A stretch of DNA of 63,842 nucleotides, counting the filler, from Octopus bimaculoides (Eukaryota), in the NCBI RefSeq assembly GCF_001194135.2. It is 5 parts of 5 records of this genome, joined end to end, with 100 filler letters (N's around TTAATTAATTAA, not from the genome) between each part and the next. Parts side by side here need not be neighbours in the genome. Positions count along the whole stretch, not along the records: positions 1 to 15,138 come from NC_069004.1; 4 more parts are not named here. One strand, 5' to 3'. This document shows positions 1 to 13,512 of the stretch, piece by piece (the stretch's first letter is position 1; the number at the start of each line of letters is the position of its first letter). The position numbers and the translations under genes were made by a program. Under the pieces are notes generated by a model, which was not told the DNA's origin, did no database searches, and saw nothing but the letters and a program-made list of their open reading frames with translations.

Positions 1-338
1 ATATATATATATACATATATATATATATATGTTGTTGTACTTGGGGATGGTCATATTGCCAGTTTAGCCAATATATATATATATATATATATATAACGTG
101 AGAGAGTTAGGGGTTGGGGGTTCAACCCACTAAGGGATAGTATCTATCCAGTATACTGCTGGGAGGGTACCCAATTATTGCTACACTAGTGCTATACTAG
201 GTGCAATCAATGGGAGCGGGTAAAAGTGGAGGTTTTACCCAACATTTGTGTAACAATTCCAAGCTTACCATTGCTTTCTTTATCCTTTTATATATTTATA
301 TGTATATATATATATATACATATATATCTATATATGTA

Positions 339-436
339 GGTGCAGGAGTGGCTGTGAGCTAAGTAGCTTACTTACAAACCACATGGTTCCGGGTTCAGTC
401 CCACTGCGTGGCACAATGGGCAAGTGTCTTCTACTA
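339..436 (+). mobile_element. tRNA-derived SINE, family A (5' part)
   Basis: Head GGTGCAGGAGTGGCTGTG, B-box-like GGTTCAGTCCC and CORE-like GGGCAAGTGTCTTCTACTA. The same sequence recurs at 6958, 10225, 28275 and 31505. Confidence 0.85.
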
Positions 437-502
437 CATATAGATATATATACGAGTTTGTATAAAACTATATACACTTCCTAGTATGTGTGTATATGAA
501 TG

Positions 503-542
<40 letters not shown>

Positions 543-546
543 AGTC

Positions 547-627
<81 letters not shown>

Positions 628-1891
628 GTGTATATATATATATGTATATATATATATATNNNNNNNNNNNNNNNNNNNNNNNNNNNNNNNNNNNNNNNNN
701 NNNNNNNNNNNNNNNNNNNNNNNNNNNNNNNNNNNNNNNNNNNNNNNNNNNNNNNNNNNNNNNNNNNNNNNNNNNNNNNNNNNNNNNNNNNNNNNNNNNN
801 NNNNNNNNNNNNNNNNNNNNNNNNNNNNNNNNNNNNNNNNNNNNNNNNNNNNNNNNTCTAACATATTTTACCAGTTGTTTCGAACAAGGATATAAAATCT
901 AGACGGTCATAAATTAATATCAAAAAGAGGTTGCTTCAGGTGTAGAATGGAGTCAGTGGGTAAATTAGATGCTTCAAAGCGTTCATTAGCACAGAAATGG
1001 TCTGTCTTCATTTTCTAACGCACCATTTCCTCTTAAACGCGTAATTTTATTCTACATCTCTTCTTTCCTATAATTTTACAATGAAAATAGAATTGTAATT
1101 TATAGTCAAGCTGACAATATGTAGATTATTTTTTTTATTTCTATATTTTAATTAATTTATTTATTTTTATTCTATACAATTTCATTTATACGAAATTGTA
1201 TAATTTCGTCTGTGGGTTTAGTTCTGTCTGTAAATTGCTGCAAAAAGCACACGACTGTCATTGATTCTCACGGTATGATCTAATACAGGACTTTTTAAAA
1301 CAATCACCCGGAGGGAGAACGTCTTATGTATTGGATGAATGTTAACGATTACACAACATGATAATTATATCATCTCACCAATGTGCGAATGTAAAATGCG
1401 TCGAAACAATTGTAGTGGTTTTATATAAAGAACGTCGATCGATCCGTCTTTTATCATGTATCTATTTATATAAACTCTCCGCAGAGTATGGAATTTCTCA
1501 TGTACATCAAGTAGCATGTGCATATTCACTGAACGATGATATCAGGTAACCAATAACAGAAGACGAGCTTTGCAGAACATACTACAATGCTTTTACCCGA
1601 AACTTACTTAAGTATATACCTACACACACGCACTCATGTGTGTGTGTGTGTGTATTCTCTTGCATTTGTGTGTGTTGTGTATTATCTGTCACAATCTTCC
1701 AATTACTCTTGACAAAGGCTTTTTAACCCGGAATATTGAAATATAATTCAAAAGTGTAATCAGTTACCTTTCCCTTTTACTCTCACACGTATATTTACAA
1801 CTTACGTTGTACTAGATTTATAAAACCACTTTTAACAACCGCCTCTCACAAAGATTCATTTAACCTACAACCGATATAATGTGTGTGTGTG

Positions 1892-1936
<45 letters not shown>

Positions 1937-3686
1937 ATGTGTGTATTTGTGTGTACGTGTGCGAGTGAGAGATAAAGAAAGAGGAGATTTGTATGAATTT
2001 TGTGTAAGTATATTTCTTCGGTTGTATGACTGCTAACATAATTCCTGTTGAAAGGAAAGAAATATAATCAAATACTTTCGATGTGTATGGCATTGGAATA
2101 AAGTCTATTATATCACCATCGTCGTATCGATTGGTATTTCCATATATGTAAGTGGTGGTGGTGGTGGTGGGGTGCTACTGCGCCTGCCTGCGTTTGTGTG
2201 CGCGTGCGACTGTTTCAGCTTCCAGAATGATGTCAAAGAGTAATAACCACACTTCAGATTAGTAACACGTGTAGAAGATTACTGATGCAGCTGTATGTAT
2301 GTATGTATGTATGTATGTATGTATGTATGTATGTATGTGCAAGTATGCACATGCATATATACATACACACATATATGTATGTATGCATATATATATATGT
2401 ATANNNNNNNNNNNNNNNNNNNNNNNNNNNNNNNNNNNNNNNNNNNNNNNNNNNNNNNNNNNNNNNNNNNNNNNNNNNNNNNNNNNNNNNNNNNNNNNNN
2501 NNNNNNNNNNNNNNNNNNNNNNNNNNNNNNNNNNNNNNNNNNNNNNNNNNNNNNNNNNNNNNNNNNNNNNNNNNNNNNNNNNNNNNNNNNNNNNNNNNNN
2601 NNNNNNNNNNNNNNNNNNNNNNNNNNNNNNNNNNNNNNNNNNNNNNNNNNNNNNNNNNNNNNNNNNNNNNNNNNNNNNNNNNNNNNNNNNNNNNNNNNNN
2701 NNNNNNNNNNNNNNNNNNNNNNNNNNNNNNNNNNNNNNNNNNNNNNNNNNNNNNNNNNNNNNNNNNNNNNNNNNNNNNNNNNNNNNNNNNNNNNNNNNNN
2801 NNNNNNNNNNNNNNNNNNNNNNNNNNNNNNNNNNNNNNNNNNNNNNNNNNNNNNNNNNNNNNNNNNNNNNNNNNNNNNNNNNNNNNNNNNNNNNNNNNNN
2901 NNNNNNNNNNNNNNNNNNNNNNNNNNNNNNNNNNNNNNNNNNNNNNNNNNNNNNNNNNNNNNNNNNNNNNNNNNNNNNNNNNNNNNNNNNNNNNNNNNNN
3001 NNNNNNNNNNNNNNNNNNNNNNNNNNNNNNNNNNNNNNNNNNNNNNNNNNNNNNNNNNNNNNNNNNNNNNNNNNNNNNNNNNATATATGCATACGTACAT
3101 ACATGCATATTTATATATACACAATTATTACAGAAGCAATTTCGTTTCGTAAATTTTGTAACAGAATGTATGATAATGAGTTTCTCCTTTTTTTTTTTTC
3201 TTGTATTTACACTGAACGTATCTCATCAACTTTGATATCATTATTTTTTTATTTTTTATCCTAAACGTTGCATATTACATTCCAACATTCTATTTAAAGT
3301 TCAACATATACACACGTCAATATAGGCACAGAAATATATATATGCATACGTGAATATATAAATGTACGTATATATGTATGTATATATGTATGTATTCTTT
3401 TTTCCTAACATGTCAGCATATCGGAATTAACAATTGATGGTTAAGTCCCAGTGGACCGTCGAAACATGCCTCTAAGTTTAATTTCGAAGACAGATTTTTC
3501 TCAAACACAGACATTCAGTCTCCAGCATTTGCTGCACCGAACAAGATAGACAGAAACTGAATAAACTGTACTGTGAACTTGTGAGAGAAAGCCAAAAGAA
3601 GAGAGACAAAGAGACTGTCTTTCGATCTATCTATCTGTATCTATCTATATCTCTATTTACTTCTTCTCTCTCTCTCTCTTACTTTA

Positions 3687-3721
<35 letters not shown>

Positions 3722-4074
3722 CAAACAAACACACACATATATATATATATACTTATATATATACACATTTATATATACAAGTATAATTGTATGCGTATAT
3801 ATATATGCACAGATATATCTGTATACATGTGCATAAATAACGAAATTTGCATATCTCCATATATCTCTATATACATATATATCTGGATACGTATATATTT
3901 ATATATATATATATATGCACATATATATATATGTGTGTGTGTGTGTATGTGTGTGCACGTGTGTGTATATGTATGNNNNNNNNNNNNNNNNNNNNNNNNN
4001 NNNNNNNNNNATATATATATATACATATATACATGTATACATATGCATATGTATGTATGTATGTATGTCATTAT

Positions 4075-4170
4075 TCAGTTTTGTTTCAAGATTTCTTGCC
4101 AACAGAGAAAGAACCGGTTTCTAACCCAGATCCAAGGCTCCTTCATTGGAATTTCAACATCAACAACAGA
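4075..4170 (+). repeat. (TATG)n-associated interspersed repeat
   Basis: TTCAGTTTTGTTTCAAGATT...ATTGGAATTTCAACATCAACAACAG. An internally deleted inverted copy lies at ~23391-23450; both abut (TATG)n arrays. Confidence 0.6.
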
Positions 4171-5343
4171 GTACTTTTGTTTGTATGCACGTATGCATGT
4201 GTGTATGTATGTATGTATGTATGTATGTATCTATGTATGTATGTGCAGATTTGCATGTTTTATACATGTATTCTCATGCATATAGCTGCATATCTCGACA
4301 TGCCCATATATATATCTAAATGCTAAACTTCTGGTAAGTTTTACAGATCTTTACAGCACCAGTGATGGATTGGATATATATACGACAATGAGACAGAACC
4401 TGGAACTAAGTGGTTAGGATGCACGCTTCTTACCATTCAACTACACCTGCACCTAACTACGCCGGTACCGCCTAACCTTCCTGAAAATTTACACATTTCG
4501 ACAGTGTAGATTAATTATTTTGGAAAAAAGAAAAAAAAAAGGCTTTGAGAACAATTTCGGTCTTTCCCTTCTGGAATTAATTAAATGAATATTTTTAATG
4601 AATTGAAAATTCGTAATGATATAATTTGAAGAAAAAAATCATCAAAGGTGAATTTCTTTAAAAGACTGTTTGGTATGCATGGGTCTGGGAATATACCCAC
4701 CGCATCTCTGCTATTTCTAGCGTATTACGCGACCACATAGAGGTTGGTTTACGCTTGACTTTGTTTAAAACCGAAAGATTAATGTGACAAACCTAAGTCA
4801 ATATAACACCATATTTCTTCATAAATTCTACAGATGTCTTTGAGCGCTTGCTATTATTCTAACTTTATTTACAAAGTATTATCAGACAAATAAAGGATGC
4901 AAAAAAGAAATTAGGGGTTAAAATATCAGAAAAATTGCACAAATTGAAAATCAAATGCATAAATAAAATACAGCAAGCAGCAGAAAACTGCCTGGAGGGT
5001 GGTCTTTCTGTGGATACCTAAATGCATTCTATATTTTCGTTACTAATTTAATGTGATGTTTAGGATACTGTAAATATAAATTATTACTAGAATAACAAGA
5101 GTATTTATTCCTATTTCCTTAAGTTTTGCAGTTAGCTAAGAGTGTATAGCGCTACTACATATTACGCAACACAATGCGTAGAATAAGACTTATACAATAT
5201 AAAGACGGAAGAAAATGAAATGTTGACACTGGAATAATCTAAATATGGTAGACGGAGATGCTTGCCATATCGGAGTAAAAAAAACACAATGAATATAAGT
5301 GTAATAAGTGTATTGAATGACAATAATAATAATAATAATAATA

Positions 5344-5549
5344 ATCCTTTCTTTTATAGGCACAAGGGCTGAAATTTGGAGGAGGGGGATAATCGGTTAC
5401 ATCGACCTCAGTGCATAACTGGTACTTAATTTATCGACCCCGAAAGGTAAAGTCGATTTCGGCAGAATTTGAACTCAGAACGTAGTGACGGGCGAAATAC
5501 TGCTAAGCATTTCGCCCAGCGTGTTAACGATTCTGCCAGCTCGCCGCCT
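5344..5549 (-). mobile_element. tRNA-derived SINE, family B (central CCTTTC-GGGGTCGATAAA-AAGTACC domain, Meta-domain-like), near full length
   Basis: Minus strand reads GGCGGCGAGCTGGCAGAATCGTTAACACGC...GAGTTCAAATTC...GGGGTCGATAAATTAAGTACC...(TTA)n tail. Homologous copies at 6470, 8651, 9725, 27200 and 44035. Confidence 0.85.
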
Positions 5550-5550
5550 T

Positions 5551-5612
<62 letters not shown>

Positions 5613-5614
<2 letters not shown>

Positions 5615-6083
5615 TGTTTCAATACCAGCAGATGACAACGTTTCTCTAAAAGAAATGGAAAAACTTTCAAAATACAAAGACCTGGAAATAGAGATAACTC
5701 GAATGTGGAATCTAAAAACAGAAACAATTCCTATCATAGTAGGTGCCTTAGGTATAATAAAAAAATATTCAGACAAATACATAACAAAAACACCAGGACT
5801 TACAAATATATATAACNNNNNNNNNNNNNNNNNNNNNNNNNNNNNNNNNNNNNNNNNNNNNNNNNNNNNNNNNNNNNNNNNNNNNNNNNNNNNNNNNNNN
5901 NNNNNNNNNNNNNNNNNNNNNNNNNNNNNNNNNNNNNNNNNNNNNNNNNNNNNNNNNNNNNNNNNNNNNNNNNNNTTTCAATACAGTAAACATAAGAGCA
6001 CCACGGCAAACCACAGCACATACCCAAGGCGCACAGAGCTGCGCTCGGTAGTGAAGTGAAAGCACGTTATAAAAATAAAACTA

Positions 6084-6087
<4 letters not shown>
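5613..6087 (+). mobile_element. Dong/R4-clade non-LTR retrotransposon, 5'-truncated 3' end (RLE endonuclease C-terminus plus 3'UTR)
   Basis: Translation VSIPADDNVSLKEMEKLSKYKDLEIEITRMWNLKTETIPIIVGALG resembles the R4/Dong restriction-like endonuclease tail. Flanked on both sides by (TAA)n, the known Dong target. Interrupted by an N gap. Confidence 0.8.
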
Positions 6088-6139
<52 letters not shown>

Positions 6140-6469
6140 CAATTCTTTCTAAATTTGGTGCTACTTTCGTATGACAGATGTAGTTGATTAAATCTTCGAT
6201 TCGTTATATGTAAATCTCTGACTTTAACATGACTGATTTAATTTTAAACAAACTTACATCTGCACTGCAAATAAATTATAGTTTTTTTCCCCCAATAAAT
6301 TATGCCTTTATTAATATTTAAATCGTAGATTTATCTGCTCACAGTAACAGGACTAAATTTTTTTATTTTGCTAGAACGTGTTTTCATTGTCAAATATCGT
6401 TTTTAATTTAACTGCTTTCACCAAAAGACAATTTCAACACCAAGAAATCATTTTGGAAGTCGGGACTAC

Positions 6470-6606
6470 TCGATAACATCGACCCAGTGTTTTAATCGTA
6501 CTTGATTTGCCCACTCCGAAAGGATGATATGCAAAGGTGACTCCGGTGGAATTTGAACTCAGAATGTAAAGGCGGACGAAGTACCACTAAGCATTTTACC
6601 CGGCAT
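6470..6606 (-). mobile_element. SINE family B, partial
   Basis: ACATCGACCCAGTG...GGAATTTGAACTCAGAATGTAAAG matches the copy at 5344-5549. Confidence 0.75.
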
Positions 6607-6736
6607 ACTCTTTTACTCTTTTACTCTTTTACTCTTTTACTTGTTTCAGTCATTTGACTGCGGCCATCATGGAGCACCGCCTTTAGTCGAGCAAATCGAC
6701 CCCAAGACTTATTCTTTGTAAGCCTAGTACATATTC
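6607..6736 (-). mobile_element. SINE family A 3' tail
   Basis: (CTCTTTTA)n then TTGTTTCAGTCATTTGACTGCGGCC...GGAGCACCGCC. Recurs at ~23460, 28205, 43470, 46000 and (+ strand) 62995. Confidence 0.7.
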
Positions 6737-6925
6737 NNNNNNNNNNNNNNNNNNNNNNNNNNNNNNNNNNNNNNNNNNNNNNNNNNNNNNNNNNNNNNNN
6801 NNNNNNNNNNNNNNNNNNNNNNNNNNNNNNNNNNNNNNNNNNNNNNNNNNNNNNNNNNNNNNNNNNNNNNNNNNNNNNNNNNNNNNNNNNNNNNNNNNNN
6901 NNNNNNNNNNNNNNNNNNNNNNNNN

Positions 6926-6957
<32 letters not shown>

Positions 6958-6959
<2 letters not shown>

Positions 6960-7112
6960 GACGGGCTTCTTTCAGTTTCCGTCTACCAAATCCACTCACA
7001 AAGCTTTGGTCGGCCCGAGGCTATAGTAGAAGGCACTTGCCCAAAGTGCCACGCAGTGGGACTGAACCCGGAAGCATGTGGTTGGTGAGCAAGCTACTTA
7101 CCCCACAGTCAC
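6958..7112 (-). mobile_element. SINE family A (5' half)
   Basis: Near reverse complement of 31505-31675. Confidence 0.85.
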
Positions 7113-7688
7113 TGTGCTAACGATTTTGGCAGTTCACCAATTTAATCCATCTCGCTAATAACAAGAACTCGTTAATTTTCTTGTATAATTCCGTAAGACT
7201 TATCATAGAAGCAAACTGAGAAGATGATAAATTGCCGACCTTATTTATCATCGAATCGGGACTATATTGTGTTTCACTGGTTCCTAGCTATAGCTATGGA
7301 TAAATTATAGCCACAGAAAATCGGCATCGTATGAAAAGATTAAGATTATAGAATTTTCATTGAGGAGAGATTTACGCTATTGCTTTCAGGAAAAAAAAAA
7401 GAAATTCCTTTTTTTTTTTACCAACAACACGAGGACAGTTGATGTTCCAAACAAAACTGACTGCCACCACGTTTGTAGTTTAGTAAAATGAATGAAGAAA
7501 GAGCGAATACCCTGATATCAAAGTACAAACACGCACACACACACACGTATGTATATATACATATGACCATGTCAATGTATAAATTATATATATATATATA
7601 TATAGATAGATAGATGTATTCACATATACGCATACATACATGTGTATTTGTGAATGAATGCATGTATGTATGCATGCATTTATGCATG

Positions 7689-7733
<45 letters not shown>

Positions 7734-8329
7734 NNNNNNNNNNNNNNNNNNNNNNNNNNNNNNNNNNNNNNNNNNNNNNNNNNNNNNNNNNNNNNNNNNN
7801 NNNNNNNNNNNNNNNNNNNNNNNNNNNNNNNNNNNNNNNNNNNNNNNNNNNNNNNNNNNNNNNNNNNNNNNNNNNNNNNNNNNNNNNNNNNNNNNNNNNN
7901 NNNNNNNNNNNNNNNNNNNNNNNNNNNNNNNNNNNNNNNNNNNNNNNNNNNNNNNNNNNNNNNNNNNNNNNNNNNNNNNNNNNNNNNNNNNNNNNNNNNN
8001 NNNNNNNNNNNNNNNNNNNNNNNNNNNNNNNNNNNNNNNNNNNNNNNNNNNNNNNNNNNNNNNNNNNNNNNNNNNNNNNNNNNNNNNNNNNNNNNNNNNN
8101 NNNNNNNNNNNNNNNNNNNNNNNNNNNNNNNNNNNNNNNNNNNNNNNNNNNNNNNNNNNNNNNNNNNNNNNNNNNNNNNNNNNNNNNNNNNNNNNNNNNN
8201 NNNNNNNNNNNNNNNNNNNNNNNNNNNNNNNNNNNNNNNNNNNNNNNNNNNNNNNNNNNNNNNNNNNNNNNNNNNNNNNNNNNNNNNNNNNNNNNNNNNN
8301 NNNNNNNNNNNNNNNNNNNNNNNNNNNNN

Positions 8330-8363
<34 letters not shown>

Positions 8364-8650
8364 CGTGTACACACACACACACATAAACAACAGTTGTTCT
8401 TTCACATACTTTGCATGCTACGTGTGCTTTTATCTCGCTTCACCATTTTTCCCATTCCTTTGGCCCATCATCTTTCATATAAACCCCCACACAAATTGTA
8501 AGCTGTTATTGTAAAGCATCCCTACCCCGATCTTAACCTCCCGCGGCAAACAAAATAATTCCTCCTCCTCCTCCTCCTCCTCATCATCATCATCATCATC
8601 ATCATTATTAAGATCATCATTGTTATTATTATTGTCCTCATTATTATTAG

Positions 8651-8915
8651 GAAGGCTGTGAGCAGGCAGAATCGTTAGCACGCTGGACTGCCTTTCATCC
8701 ATTTGGGATAGATAAAATAAGTACAAGTTGAACATTGGGGGTGGGGGTGGGGGCGCTGTAATCGACTCATCCCCACCTCCCCGAAGCTATCGAGGTCGAC
8801 ATTGCCTTTCATCCTTCGGGGGTCGATAAAATAAGTACCATTTACGCACTGGGGTCGATGTAATCGACTGGTCCCAGCCCCCAAAATTTCAGGCCTTGTG
8901 CCTCCAATAGAAAGA
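8651..8915 (+). mobile_element. SINE family B with internally duplicated central domain
   Basis: GAAGGCTGTGAGCAGGCAGAATCGTTAGCACG head. The block GCCTTTCATCC...GATAAAATAAGTAC...GTAATCGACT occurs twice. (TTA)n tail. Confidence 0.8.
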
Positions 8916-8933
8916 ATTATTATTATTATTATT

Positions 8934-8966
<33 letters not shown>

Positions 8967-9399
8967 CGACAGCAGCAACAGCAGAAGCAGCAGCAGAAAC
9001 AGCAACAGAAGCAGTAGCAGCAGCAGTAGCAGTAGCAGTAGTAGTAGTAGTAGTAGCAGCTGCAGCATATGTGATTTAGGTATTGATCAAAGCATCTGTC
9101 TGACCAGAAAAAAATCGAAAAATACAAAAATTATGATTTTTCTTTTAAGTGCTGACGGAAAGCATTCTTTGCCTCGATAGAGCTGACATAGGAGCAAACG
9201 CATTCCATCTGTGACCATCCTGCCTTTTGTTCAAACATGATTTATCTAGCACTAAATAATCTTTTGATAACGTTTTCAGTTTTTTTTTTCCAGTGTCATA
9301 CATGCTTACGTATACGCATGTATGTATGTATGTATGTATGTATGTATGTATATATGTATGTGTGCGTGTGTGTATGTGTGTGTAAGTATTTTGTTGAGC

Positions 9400-9503
9400 T
9401 TTAGGTGTTTTCACTCAATAAACACTCACAACGCCCGGTCTGGGAATCGAAACCACGATCCTATGACCGCGAGCCCGCTGCTCTAACCACTGGGCCATTC
9501 CAC
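9400..9503 (-). mobile_element. tRNA-derived SINE, family C (head)
   Basis: Minus strand GGCCCAGTGGTTAGAGCAGCGGGCTCGCGGTCATAGGATCGTGGTTTCGATTCCC contains A and B boxes. Confidence 0.75.
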
Positions 9504-9724
9504 CTGTGTGTAAGCATATGAATATACTTATATACATATACACATATACACCCACCGAAATAAAAACGGATGTGAGAAGCAAAAGATTTAGTATTTCCGT
9601 ATGGTTACAGCTGTTTCGTAATCATGAATTATCTGTAGCATATAAACATTCACAAATATTAATCCTTCCTCTGTGTTTCACAGCTTCCGCTGTGTTATAC
9701 ACGGGAAATAATAATGATAATTAT

Positions 9725-9858
9725 GATTTCAAATTTTGGCACGAGGCCAGCAATTTCGGGGAAGGGGATAAGTAGATTACATCGACCCCTGTAGTCACCT
9801 GGTACTTAATTTATGGACGCTGAAAGGATGAAAGGCAAAGTCGGTCACGACGCAATTT
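9725..9858 (-). mobile_element. SINE family B 3' part
   Basis: GGCACGAGGCCAGCAATTT...ACATCGACCCC...CTGGTACTTAATTTAT...GAAAGGATGAAAGGCAAAGTC. Confidence 0.75.
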
Positions 9859-10224
9859 TAACTTAATAACACACACACACACACGCACACACACAGACAC
9901 ACACACACACACGCACACACACACAGACACACACAGACACACACACACACACATACACACACACATACACACATACACACNNNNNNNNNNNNNNNNNNNN
10001 NNNNNNNNNNNNNNNNNNNNNNNNNNNNNNNNNNNNNNNNNNNNNNNNNNNNNNNNNNNNNNNNNNNNNNNNNNNNNNNNNNNNNNNNNNNNNNNNNNNN
10101 NNNNNNNNNNNNNNNNNNNNNNNNNNNNNNNNNNNNNNNNNNNNNNNNNNNNNNNNNNNNNNNNNNNNNNNNNNNNNNNNNNNNNNNNNNNNNNNNNNNN
10201 NNNNTATATATATATATATATCGT

Positions 10225-10545
10225 CGTGTCTGTGTGGTAAGAAGCCAGCTATCCAGCGACACGGTTCTGGTTCCAGTCTCACTTCGTGACATCTTGGGCA
10301 AAAGTGCCTTCTGCTATTGCCTCAGGCCGACCAAAGCCTTGTGAGCGGATTTGACCGAGGGAAATTGAAAAGAAGCACATCGTACATATGTGTGCGTGCG
10401 TGTGTGTATGTGTGTGTGTGTATGTGTGTATCTGTGCGTCTGTGTTTGTCCACCACTTGTCACTCCGTGATGGTTTATTCACGTCCCTATATGCTAGCAG
10501 TTCGGCAATGGGACCGATAGAATAAGTACCATGCTTAAAAAATGT
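10225..10545 (+). mobile_element. SINE family A, diverged near-full copy with internal (TG)n
   Basis: GTGTGGTAAG...CTTGGGCAA...GCCGACCAAAGCCTTGTGAG...(TG)n...GACCGATAGAATAAGTAC. Confidence 0.8.
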
Positions 10546-12401
10546 GGTGTCCCTAAAATATCCTCAGCATATGTTACTTCATTCCGCTTACAACTCTGAG
10601 TGTTATTGACGTAGGTGAAGATTGGATGGACCGTTCAGGATAATTAAGAACATAGCGATACAGAATTCGTTATCTTTATTATTCCTTATCTACGCCATTG
10701 GAGCATCGCCACCGAATAATGACTGGAGTTTTCCAACGTCCAGATCAAAATTTCCCTCTAACTGTAACACTCAATAACACGAAATTAATGCAGTCTTCCA
10801 TACAAATTTCCTCCTTTACCAATCAGTTGTATCTGAACAAGGTACGTGCGTGAATACATTTAAAGAAACTCAAATATAAAATGTGTTAATAGGAATATAA
10901 TCCTGATTAACGTTACTAAATTACTCGATGTCAAGCTTCACTAACCCCTAAATGGAAGAATTCTCCTTTTATCTGGAATATTCCTCGGAGAATATAACTA
11001 ATGTGCTTTCCCACAATATCTCCTTACCTAAATACGATAGCAAATTGATAATTTTATATCGATCATCTAACACACTCCAACTAAATTTTCAATGTCCATG
11101 TTAATTATTTTAGTGGAACAATGCTCCTTCATACATTTTGAATTTTCAGCAAATCAGGTGGGAAACGATATTTTCGGTTTGGAATGCAGAAATAAACTAC
11201 TTTCAAAGACATTGAAGAAATTCTACATCATATGCTGTGAAAGAAGGCTCGATTATTAAAGCTAGCTTCTAAGGGACTAAAGACAATGGGATATATATAT
11301 GTATACATATGCATAAATAAGTGTGGGCGTGGGAGTTCCTACACACATACACACACACACACAAACATATGTATGTATATATATATATATATATATATNN
11401 NNNNNNNNNNNNNNNNNNNNNNNNNNNNNNNNNNNNNNNNNNNNNNNNNNNNNNNNNNNNNNNNNNNNNNNNNNNNNNNNNNNNNNNNNNNNNNNNNNNN
11501 NNNNNNNNNNNNNNNNNNNNNNNNNNNNNNNNNNNNNNNNNNNNNNNNNNNNNNNNNNNNNNNNNNNNNNNNNNNNNNNNNNNNNNNNNNNNNNNNNNNN
11601 NNNNNNNNNNNNNNNNNNNNNNNNNNNNNNNNNNNNNNNNNNNNNNNNNNNNNNNNNNNNNNNNNNNNNNNNNNNNNNNNNNNNNNNNNNNNNNNNNNNN
11701 NNNNNNNNNNNNNNNNNNNNNNNNNNNNNNNNNNNNNNNNNNNNNNNNNNNNNNNNNNNNNNNNNNNNNNNNNNNNNNNNNNNNNNNNNNNNNNNNNNNN
11801 NNNNNNNNNNNNNNNNNNNNNNNNNNNNNNNNNNNNNNNNNNNNNNNNNNNNNNNNNATATATATATATATATAAGCTATTTGGTACAGTGTATTATTGG
11901 AAACGTGGTCGTCATAGGATATCTGATATATTTTCCTCAGGTTTCTTGTGTGATAAGTGCCCACCATGGCCGTTTGCCGATTCGTATTCGGAGGAAGGAA
12001 GGAAGGAGGGAAGGAAGGAACTGATTTGGGATAACTACTATAAGTATTACATATTGGAGCTTAGAAAACTCTTGAATATTTTTATTGATCCACTTGCAGA
12101 TTGTGTTTGTAAACCTCCTGTTAAACGATCTCTTTTTTTTTTTTTGCCTGAAAATCTTTTCTAGATTGTAACTTAGCGAAGTACACAAATGGTTATTAAT
12201 ATAGATATGAAATTATAGCTGAAGTACAAGTAATGTTGAACGTTTCAAAGCTGTTGTCCATAAATATTTTTCTCAATGGTTTTGGCCTTTCACATCTGAA
12301 AGCAGCTTGTTTCCATGACCCTATACTTTCTAGAGTCATAGAAACAAGCCGCCTTGTTTTGTTTTTTCTTTTCCAGCTCAAATAACTATGATAAGTATCT
12401 T

Positions 12402-12720
12402 GTGAAGGCACGTGGCTTAGAAGTTAGGATATTCGGCTCACAATTGTAAGATGGCGAGTTCGATGCCTGGCGACGGATTCTGTCACTGAGCAAAACACTT
12501 TATTTCATGCTGCCACAGTCCAATCATTTAGCAAAAATAAGTTGTACCTGTATTTCAAAGGGTCCAACCTCGTCACATTCTGTGTTACGCTAAATCTCCC
12601 TGAGAACTACGTTAAATAGTGTGTTAAATTCTGTGGAGTACTCAGCCACTTGCACATTAATTTACACCACCAGGCTGTTCTGTTGGAACCCTCGTCGTCA
12701 TAAACGACAAAGTGCCAGTT
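12402..12720 (+). mobile_element. SINE family C, near full length
   Basis: GTGAAGGCACGTGGCTTAG A-box, GAGTTCGATGCC B-box, TGAGCAAAACACTTTATTTCA CORE-like centre, 3' tail to GTGCCAGTT. Confidence 0.8.
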
Positions 12721-13159
12721 AGATGATAAACATCTTATGTTTGCACTTGATAGAAGTTTCTATGAGAATATTCCACCAGCATTTCGTTCTGTTAATATGT
12801 CTGCAGGCATTCCATTGTAAATTGTTTTCGCAACAACATTATGTTGCAATGGAATATTTCACTTGAAGGTAAATTTGGAAATAGCTTTCAAAATTAATTT
12901 GAAATTACGGTCGCGTGATATTTAACATTTCGGGGCAGCTACTGATTATGCGTGTTTTGCCCTCCGCTGAAGTGTGACATAATCGATATTTGCGGTTGCA
13001 TCTTGGGAACTATGTGCTTCCACTGTCTCGTTTATTAGATATTTCGTAGCTATATCCTGTTCTTCGATAACAAGATTATAACCTTCTAAATTTGTCTCCA
13101 TGTATCTTTCTCGAATCCAAAAATATCTACGCTTCATGTTAAAATTTTTATCCCCACCA

Positions 13160-13512
13160 AAGGGGCTTTAGAAAGAATCGAAGTTGTATTGAACAAATTT
13201 ACACGTTGAAGAGTGTACTGGAGACCTGCTTTGAGTGGTGGTGTCTCCCAAATGTTGCGCTGTTCGTAGACTTTCGAAAATCATTCGACAGATAGCGTAA
13301 ACAGAACCATTGACTACTATTCTTGAAATGAGAAGGATAGCATCGAAGATAACATCAGCAGTGAGATGTCTTTATGAACATCAAATAGCATATGTCATTG
13401 CTAATGGAAAACAGTCCCCTGGCTTCACCCCTCAGAGTGGAATTCTGCAAGCTGATGTCTAAGCATCATATCTATTTTTGGTGGTTATGGATCATGTGAT
13501 CAAAGGTGCAAC
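13160..13512 (+). mobile_element. RTE-group LINE reverse-transcriptase remnant (degenerate)
   Basis: Translation fragments GFRKNRSCIEQIYTLKSVLE, LFVDFRKSFD and SGILQADV*ASYLFLVVMDHV match RT domains 2-4, with stops and frameshifts. Confidence 0.7.

Noticed and set aside
1485-1545. Candidate 61-nt exon (CTCCGCAG ... CAG|GTAACC)
   Set aside because: Good splice signals, but the peptide EYGISHVHQVACAYSLNDDI has no recognisable domain and no partner exons were found.
3435-3475. GATGG...CCGTC-GAAACATG hairpin resembling a hammerhead 3' half
   Set aside because: No CUGANGA box and no stem I.
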